From NCBI GenBank assembly GCA_964640545.1, contig CAZXHL010000002.1, positions 1 through 60,827 of the forward strand: a stretch of 60,827 nucleotides of DNA. Direction: 5' to 3'. A program made the translations under genes and the position numbers. The notes beneath the pieces are model-generated. The model did no database searches. It worked only from the letters and a program-made list of their open reading frames with translations, and was not told the DNA's origin. Of this stretch, positions 54,775 through 60,827 are shown one piece after another. The first letter of the stretch is position 1. Each line of letters opens with the position of its first letter. Source of the stretch: an uncultured Bacteriovorax sp. (GTDB taxonomy: Bacteria; Bdellovibrionota; UBA2428).

Positions 54775-57700
54775 ATGAAAAGTATGTATTCTCAAGCAAC
54801 TCGCGAAATTAAAGGGCTTAGCTTTTTTCAAAATATTCTGAATTGTTTATTGGTGCTTGGTGTATTGTCTGCTTGTCAGAAACAAGACGAGGCATCAGGG
54901 ACAGCTCAAGATAGTTTCGAAGAGGTGTTTGAGGAAGGGTTCTATGGGTTTTCTCCTACGAGTGTTTCAGTCGTTTGGAATACTCCGGATCCATGGGTGG
55001 GATATGAGGTCTATAGAAATTTGGATGGAGTTAAGACGACAATCCAAACCTTAGTTTCTCAGTCAAGAGCGATTGGTCTTTTGCCCAATACCTTTAATTC
55101 GCTCTCTCTCTATGGAAGGGATGTTTCGGGACAACTCTCTCAAAAAGTAATGATTAGAAAGAGCCTTCGGACTTGGCCGCTTTTTTCAATGTCTCAGGGA
55201 GTTAGTTTACGGGAAGAGAAATTTGGTCCTGCAGGTGTTACTCTAGATTTGAACTACAATCCCTTCGCAATATTGCCACCTGGCCCCGGGGTGAACGCAT
55301 TAACACGCGCTGAATGTTTTATTTCAGACATTCGTAATCCTGGCTCCGATCAGCCGATATCTGATCCCCTGGCGCACAAACGTAGCTTCCTCCTCGCTCA
55401 GCAATCACTTTTTATTGGCATTCGTGATATTGAATTCTTAAATACCAAGAGGGTCCAGTGCCAGGTTAGATACGCCGATGATACGTTAAGTATCAGTAAC
55501 AAGGTTGCTACGCTTCAAGCTTTTAGAGGTGGTGAGTATGGAGCCTGTGAGAATTCGGTAAATCAAGAAGGCAGTTACTCTTGCCAGCCTATGGTCTGTC
55601 CGCCTGGTTCGAGCGATCCAGCTAGCTGCAATACGGCAGGTCCTTTTGAACTAACAAGTAATTCTTGTTCGGCGTGGCTAAGTATGAATTCTACTACGGG
55701 TTTGATCGAGGGTAGCCCATCGAATCTGGATGTCGAATCTTGCTCATTTGAGTACGCGTTGTCGGGTTTGGGTGCCGCTGACATTATCGCTCGTCGGCAA
55801 CATGTTGGCATTAACAATCTGCAGCCCGTACTTTCAGTTCATGAAATCAATGGAACTACACCTATGAAACAAGTTAGCTCCAAAGCAACAATCGTCATTC
55901 GAGAACGCAGTCCTGCAGGCAGTGCAACGGGAGTGCATACCACTTCTGCAGCTAACAAAAGCTTCGGTGCTGTAATGTCCTCTAATGGCACGGTTAGCCT
56001 CTCCGACGCGCAAGTTGAGAGCAATGAAGAAAAGTTTGCTAGAAGTCGCGGCGTCGATACAGGCGGCAGATACTCCGTCCACCTTGGATCTTGCGAGTCT
56101 CATCTGAATCCGGGTAGCGGCTTCCGGGGAAGAGAATTTGAGATCGATGCTTTGACTGGAGCGATAAGCTTTAGAATGCGTGAGCATTTCTATGGAGAAT
56201 GTGAAATTGAGATTCATTTTGATGATTTCACGAATAGCGAGACAAGGATGGCAAGTGCGCTACCTTTGAGAATTCGTGTCTACCCGGTTAACGATGAACC
56301 CAAGCTTATCTTCTACAACGGAGAGAGGCATAACTCAGATCCATTGAATGTGGATCGTTGCGGCTCAAATCTGGACTCGTCTTGCTTGATTTCTGAGGAA
56401 ATTGTTCGTGATATCAATATTTCTGGTGGAATATTGAGTGTTCCTTCGGGCCTTCAAGAAACAAACTACAAGGAGGATCAGGCTGTTTCGATAAAGGGGA
56501 CTCCGATATCGAGAGTTGCTAGTGGTATCGCTACTGCCGTCTTATTTCAGCCGGAGGGGTCGGATCCTGTAGCGAGGAGAATGGATTCCTACTGTACACC
56601 GTCTGGCACAAATTGTGATCTTAGTCCTGGGGATACCTTGCAGGCCGATGATTTCACGCTTGGAGAAGCTGCTTCTAGTTCAGCCGGGTCTTTCCAAGTT
56701 GCCTATACCCCGTTCAATCCTGATGTGAAGCAGGTCGAAGTTGAGGTGGTTTTTGAGGATGGTGGTTACCCCTGTGATGAAATTAATTCTTTAGCGAGAT
56801 CTGGAGAGGTGATTTGTGATTCAGCTAACGAGAGCAGCCTTTTTGGAACTAAGGAGTTTTTGGCAAAACTACTCATTCATACGGGTGAGTTCATGGATCG
56901 GTATACTGACTTCCATGTTGTCTACGATTCAACATCAATGGGAGAGAATACAATCGTCAGTTTAAAAGCCACCATCCAGGAATGGTTTGATGAAAAGTTG
57001 CCTGTTTTGTCTCCAAAACATCGCGGAGAGATATTTCATAGAATTAGCGCTGGAGGGGGGCCTATTAGCGATAATGGAGAATTTAATTATATTGACTCCA
57101 ATGGTGAGCTAAAAAATCTGACTAACGCTGAACGATGGGTGGACATGTATCTGGACCACACACTCAAAGCGGCCTACTCGACAGACGCAGCTTTAAGAAC
57201 TGCAATGCCCGATCCCAAGACAGAAGACCTAAATGCTTTGAGGGCAGCAGATGGGACAGTCATCACAAACTATAGAGTTCCCTTGGGCGACGCCCCATAC
57301 GATGCCACTTTTAATACTATTTTGAGTAAGAAAAAGATCATGCTTCTGTCTTTTTGTGATGAAACAAATGATCGTTACCATTCAGGAACTATGGCGGGTC
57401 GATACAATAGTGATGTATCGACTTATCAGATCAGGGACTCTTTAATGGAGGTGCAGTTTGATGCCTTTAATCATGATGTTGAAAATTTCGTAAGAATCAA
57501 AAATAAGTTAGCTAGCTTTAGGGGGATTGCATTTCCAATTGTAACTCCTGGGAATGGGCGAAAAGATCTTGCCGTTCAAACCTTGGCGGCTCTTATGGGG
57601 CCTAAAGTTCGGGAGGATAACGTTGATTCGTACATGGGGGAGAGAAACCTCCTTTTTACGCTCGATCAATGGCAAAAGGTGAGGTCAGCGCTTCTCAGTT

Positions 57701-57966
57701 CTAGCAATCCATTTAAAGTTACACCGTCGGGCTGGACTGCCCCAGTCTTCGACAACTTAGAAGACTTAGGCTGGACTGGAAACTTTAGCAGATACTACCT
57801 CAATGGCTCCGGTCGAAACCCTAGCTCTATACCGGCAAACGACCCCTGCTGGAGCGACTCTGATATCGAATGCTATCCAGGTGCCCGGTTCTCTGATGAG
57901 GCTTTAGATCAAGACGTGATGACGCTGGAGCAGTTTGAGGCGGATATGCGTGTACTGCGAAACTAA
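54775..57966 (+). CDS. Large surface-adhesin-like lipoprotein, paralog 2
   Basis: Lipobox GVLSAC. Its N-terminal half is collinear with paralog 1 at a constant 3360-nt offset. The C-terminal half is divergent but keeps DFHVVYDSTSMG, MLLSFCDET and FRGIAFPIV. Confidence 0.6.
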   Translation: MKSMYSQATREIKGLSFFQNILNCLLVLGVLSACQKQDEASGTAQDSFEEVFEEGFYGFSPTSVSVVWNTPDPWVGYEVYRNLDGVKTTIQTLVSQSRAIGLLPNTFNSLSLYGRDVSGQLSQKVMIRKSLRTWPLFSMSQGVSLREEKFGPAGVTLDLNYNPFAILPPGPGVNALTRAECFISDIRNPGSDQPISDPLAHKRSFLLAQQSLFIGIRDIEFLNTKRVQCQVRYADDTLSISNKVATLQAFRGGEYGACENSVNQEGSYSCQPMVCPPGSSDPASCNTAGPFELTSNSCSAWLSMNSTTGLIEGSPSNLDVESCSFEYALSGLGAADIIARRQHVGINNLQPVLSVHEINGTTPMKQVSSKATIVIRERSPAGSATGVHTTSAANKSFGAVMSSNGTVSLSDAQVESNEEKFARSRGVDTGGRYSVHLGSCESHLNPGSGFRGREFEIDALTGAISFRMREHFYGECEIEIHFDDFTNSETRMASALPLRIRVYPVNDEPKLIFYNGERHNSDPLNVDRCGSNLDSSCLISEEIVRDINISGGILSVPSGLQETNYKEDQAVSIKGTPISRVASGIATAVLFQPEGSDPVARRMDSYCTPSGTNCDLSPGDTLQADDFTLGEAASSSAGSFQVAYTPFNPDVKQVEVEVVFEDGGYPCDEINSLARSGEVICDSANESSLFGTKEFLAKLLIHTGEFMDRYTDFHVVYDSTSMGENTIVSLKATIQEWFDEKLPVLSPKHRGEIFHRISAGGGPISDNGEFNYIDSNGELKNLTNAERWVDMYLDHTLKAAYSTDAALRTAMPDPKTEDLNALRAADGTVITNYRVPLGDAPYDATFNTILSKKKIMLLSFCDETNDRYHSGTMAGRYNSDVSTYQIRDSLMEVQFDAFNHDVENFVRIKNKLASFRGIAFPIVTPGNGRKDLAVQTLAALMGPKVREDNVDSYMGERNLLFTLDQWQKVRSALLSSSNPFKVTPSGWTAPVFDNLEDLGWTGNFSRYYLNGSGRNPSSIPANDPCWSDSDIECYPGARFSDEALDQDVMTLEQFEADMRVLRN

Positions 57967-57994
57967 TACGCCTTGATTTGATATCTCTTAACGG

Positions 57995-58021
57995 GGCCTT
58001 AACAAAGTTGTTGTTGAGGCC
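57995..58021 (+). terminator. Hairpin after paralog 2, weak U-tract
   Basis: GGCCTTAACAA, loop AGTTG, TTGTTGAGGCC (one G-U pair). Only TT follows. Confidence 0.3.
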
Positions 58022-58101
58022 TTAACCCAAACTAAATCTAGCATCAACTTGTGATTCGAAGGTGGTGCTTCGTTTTCATATACTAAAAGAGTAGCCAAGA
58101 G

Positions 58102-60732
58102 ATGAGACGAAAATATGGCTTCTTAAAAAATGAAGGTATTGAGAAAATTATGGAAACACTTAGAAAAAATAAAAAAGTCTTCAAACAACAATCTTTCATG
58201 ATTTTTTGTGGAGGTCTCTCCATTCTTCTTAGTTCATGTATTCCTACTCAGAGCACCTCTCAAGTTACTAGCGTCTCGGGTTCGGTGTGGGGGATATCAC
58301 CTAAAACAGTGCAACTCTCTTGGGGGGAGTCTACCACCGCGGACTACTACGATATTATCCCCCGGGATTCCACAGACTCTCAGATTCAAAGTCGATATAA
58401 CGAAACCTTTATTAGTGACCTGCCAAAGCAATCAGCTTCATTTTTCTACTCAGTGTTTGGAGTGAGGGGGCAAGGCGTTCGTGATAAAGCACCGCTGTTC
58501 CAAGCGCAGTTCAAGCCATGGACAGACTTTAAGGATGTTGATTTCTCTTTCGAGCAATTTGGTTTGTACACAAGAATCTATTGGAGCTATGCACCGTGGG
58601 AAGAGGGTTTGCCGCTTTCGTTGAATGCTGAGAGCAATACCATCGCCGAATGTGCTTTCACAAAAAACCTAGAATCTCAAGACCCTTTCAAGGAGGCGGA
58701 CACCAAAACCGTGCTTGATTTCGCTGCTAGCCAAGAACTCACGCTAGCTCCTGATACCTTAGATCCTTATAAAGCTCATTTGTTCTCGTGCCGAATCAAG
58801 TTTATTGATGAATATGTTTCTCAGTCCCAGATAAATGCGACTCTTCCTCCACTTTTAACGTTGGGAAAAAATTGCCTAAGAGAAGTTGAGGCGGGCTCGT
58901 CGTACGCTTGTGAATTGAGTTTGCATGACAATGATCCAAACCTTGAGCTGGATGAGAATCGAAACCGAATTTCAATGGATCAAGTTAGTTTTGCAAAGTT
59001 AGTAGATCGGTACACATTTACTTTACAGAACTCGTCAACTTGTCTTTGGGCTACTCAGCCCAATGTTAACGATGAAATCGTCTCTAAAAATGGTCGACCG
59101 TCAGCCTCCGAAGATTTACCAGGAGGCGCAAAAGAGCACAATTGCAATCTTGACATCGCTCTTGCATTTTCTGACGATGACAACAATTCGAGCACGGACC
59201 CCGAGCTCTTTGCGCCGATCAATTGGCCGCAGACATATCAACAACCTGTGAAAGTAGTAATGCCTCCTGCATTTAGAGTGTTTCCGTCATTGGCCGTAAG
59301 GGCCCCCGCGGGAGCCCTTGGTTATTGTGGGACTCTTGCATGTTCTGATGTTCCTCAGCCAGAAATCGAAGGCGCTGACATCATTTCTGATTTTGGAAAG
59401 GGTAGCAATTTTTACTTTGGTGGAGATCAGGCTTTCATTGCTGATGGTGTGAATCGTTTGTACGGACTGCCTCTGGAGGCCAATTTTGATAGGATCGCTA
59501 TGACAAAAAAGTCTGATCGAGCACTTGTCATTCCTAAAGCTAAAATCACAAATATGATTACTTTGGACCTATTGGATGTGGACAGTTCTGAATACTATTT
59601 GGGAGACTTATTTCGTTTGCCATTTCGTCCGTACGTTGCTACTCGCGGCGGAGCTAAGGAAAGCTTGGAACGAAGTGCAGTCGGGGAGCATTTTGAAAAT
59701 GGTGTGATTGAGGCAAGTTCTGTGAAGTTTGTCATGCCTTCTACTGGATATCTGGAATCCTTTTTGGGTGGCTCTAGTTTCTATATGGATTCGGCGGCAG
59801 GGTCAGACTTTGGTTTCTATGAGAATCTAGATGATCTGCCTGAAGACTTGGTTAGAAATACTGTTTCTCCTACAGGAGCATCGACTAAAAACGCTTTCTC
59901 CAATTTGATCTATAGAGATGGTGGGGGCACGATTGCGGCTCAAGCTGGTGACCCAAATGCGGTTCCTTGGTATTTTCGATGTGTAGGAGATGTGGTTCTT
60001 GATCGACCGCTTGCTTTGGTCGGTCTTCCTCCAACGGCCGGTGAAGATGTTAGAGGTGCCATCTTCATCGAGACAGATGAAAAGAAGGGTTGCCGGATTT
60101 ACTCTACAAAAAGTATCTTCATTCAGGGCCACATTGTTCCCTTTAAAAAGGTTAGCAATCCTTCAAATGGAAGTGTTGTTCCAGAATTGCTTGGCGATTC
60201 AACTTTGATTCAGCTCTCTAGTGCGCGGGCCGTGGTTTTTGGTTTTTCGGATGTTGTGGGTGTGGATGGGACATTGAGCGACTATGATTCGGTTAATGAA
60301 ACGAGGGGAAGCCTGGGGCCTTTGGGTACAGGAAACGATTCAATCATTAGAACCTCTTCTGCTTCCGGCGGCGCTTTGCAGAGTGCAATTGTGAGTGATG
60401 CTCTGGCCAGCGGATCCATGAATCCAAATATCTTTCGCTATTCAGACGATACGATCGACGCTTTGGTTGCATATAATCCAGCTAGCCCTTATGCCAATGT
60501 CTATAAATCCGGCTCTGGTGAGAATCTTTTCATGGGGAGAAACCTAGTTGTTCATGCTCCCCTAGTGTTGTGGAACTACACTGGAGTGTTCACAGGCAGC
60601 GTGATTGCTGAAATAGCTCTATTCCCGAAAGGATTGAGGTTTGTTTCGGGTAATGCACAAGCGTACTCAGCGGAAGACGCTGTTCTACCTCTCTACAAGG
60701 GCAGCTTGCGACCATTAACGGTGATTGATTGA
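58102..60732 (+). CDS. Large lipoprotein, distant third paralog with unrelated C-terminal region
   Basis: Lipobox LLSSC. It has an FN3-like SPKTVQLSWGEST and a second domain AECAFTKN...FSCRIKFIDEYVSQSQINATL parallel to AECFISDI...QCQVRYADDTVSVSNKIATL of paralog 1. The start is ATG 58102 or 58150. Confidence 0.5.
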   Translation: MRRKYGFLKNEGIEKIMETLRKNKKVFKQQSFMIFCGGLSILLSSCIPTQSTSQVTSVSGSVWGISPKTVQLSWGESTTADYYDIIPRDSTDSQIQSRYNETFISDLPKQSASFFYSVFGVRGQGVRDKAPLFQAQFKPWTDFKDVDFSFEQFGLYTRIYWSYAPWEEGLPLSLNAESNTIAECAFTKNLESQDPFKEADTKTVLDFAASQELTLAPDTLDPYKAHLFSCRIKFIDEYVSQSQINATLPPLLTLGKNCLREVEAGSSYACELSLHDNDPNLELDENRNRISMDQVSFAKLVDRYTFTLQNSSTCLWATQPNVNDEIVSKNGRPSASEDLPGGAKEHNCNLDIALAFSDDDNNSSTDPELFAPINWPQTYQQPVKVVMPPAFRVFPSLAVRAPAGALGYCGTLACSDVPQPEIEGADIISDFGKGSNFYFGGDQAFIADGVNRLYGLPLEANFDRIAMTKKSDRALVIPKAKITNMITLDLLDVDSSEYYLGDLFRLPFRPYVATRGGAKESLERSAVGEHFENGVIEASSVKFVMPSTGYLESFLGGSSFYMDSAAGSDFGFYENLDDLPEDLVRNTVSPTGASTKNAFSNLIYRDGGGTIAAQAGDPNAVPWYFRCVGDVVLDRPLALVGLPPTAGEDVRGAIFIETDEKKGCRIYSTKSIFIQGHIVPFKKVSNPSNGSVVPELLGDSTLIQLSSARAVVFGFSDVVGVDGTLSDYDSVNETRGSLGPLGTGNDSIIRTSSASGGALQSAIVSDALASGSMNPNIFRYSDDTIDALVAYNPASPYANVYKSGSGENLFMGRNLVVHAPLVLWNYTGVFTGSVIAEIALFPKGLRFVSGNAQAYSAEDAVLPLYKGSLRPLTVID

Positions 60733-60736
60733 GACC

Positions 60737-60827
60737 TAACTGTGCGCGGTAAAAAGTGAAGTTAAAGGCGGGGTTTAGGGTTTTGGCACCAACTTTGAAG
60801 AGGCCTGGGGATGAAGGTCTGTCCACA
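60737..60827. mobile_element. Probable end of a second, related IS copy running off the window
   Basis: TAACTGTGCGCGGTAA matches the left IR of the IS at 29457 (TAACTGTGCGCCGGTAA) apart from a 1-nt deletion. A downstream GGGTTTTGGCAC resembles GGGGTTTGGCAC in the first copy. Confidence 0.3.

Noticed and set aside
51433-57966. The idea that the conserved/variable paralog pair is a diversity-generating retroelement (template and variable repeat).
   Set aside because: There is no reverse transcriptase gene in the window. The substitutions between the copies are of all types rather than adenine-specific, and the variable part is the whole C-terminal half.
29457-60827. The idea that the two IS-type ends delimit a 31-kb composite transposon or island.
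   Set aside because: The interval contains core housekeeping genes (aspS, hisS, rlmH, ribF). The second end is diverged and incomplete in the window.

Overview
This is a 60.8-kb chromosomal segment from a motile Gram-negative bacterium. The gene content (pilQ, fliD/fliS, csrA-fliW, and very many Sec or lipobox proteins) resembles Bdellovibrio-like organisms, but the taxon is only a guess. I support about 60 protein genes. I saw no rRNA, tRNA or CRISPR array. All family calls come from by-eye motif recognition; no database search was possible.

The left two thirds are mostly housekeeping:
- pilQ (5' truncated) and phaR.
- A tightly coupled minus-strand operon: lipase, two ArsA-like ATPases, a GshA-like ligase and a HAMP protein.
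- lpoB-like, htpX, a FabL-like SDR, fliD-fliS, miaE and csrA-fliW with a sigma28-like promoter.
- phnCDE, aspS, hisS, a histone H1-like lysine-rich protein, rlmH and ribF.

Notable non-standard items:
- A 232-bp long palindrome lies between htpX and the SDR gene.
- A translationally coupled module combines a degenerate PurL-like protein, a degenerate PurQ-like protein and a membrane protein that fuses a sigma region 4-like segment to a zinc anti-sigma motif.
- One complete IS (29457-30660) has self-palindromic terminal inverted repeats and sits between two convergent stop codons. A second related IS end starts at 60737.
- A response regulator has its phospho-acceptor Asp and conserved Lys replaced.

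The right third (43.8-60.7 kb) is accessory. It holds a 1007-aa acidic secreted protein and then a divergent locus. On the minus strand are an outer-membrane barrel, a TPR/wHTH regulator and a secreted TPR protein. On the plus strand are three tandem paralogous FN3/Ig/cadherin-like lipoproteins with conserved N-terminal halves and divergent vWA-like C-terminal halves. The first two share a conserved upstream operator-like motif. This locus is my best candidate for an undescribed system, possibly a split Slam-like surface-lipoprotein display module.
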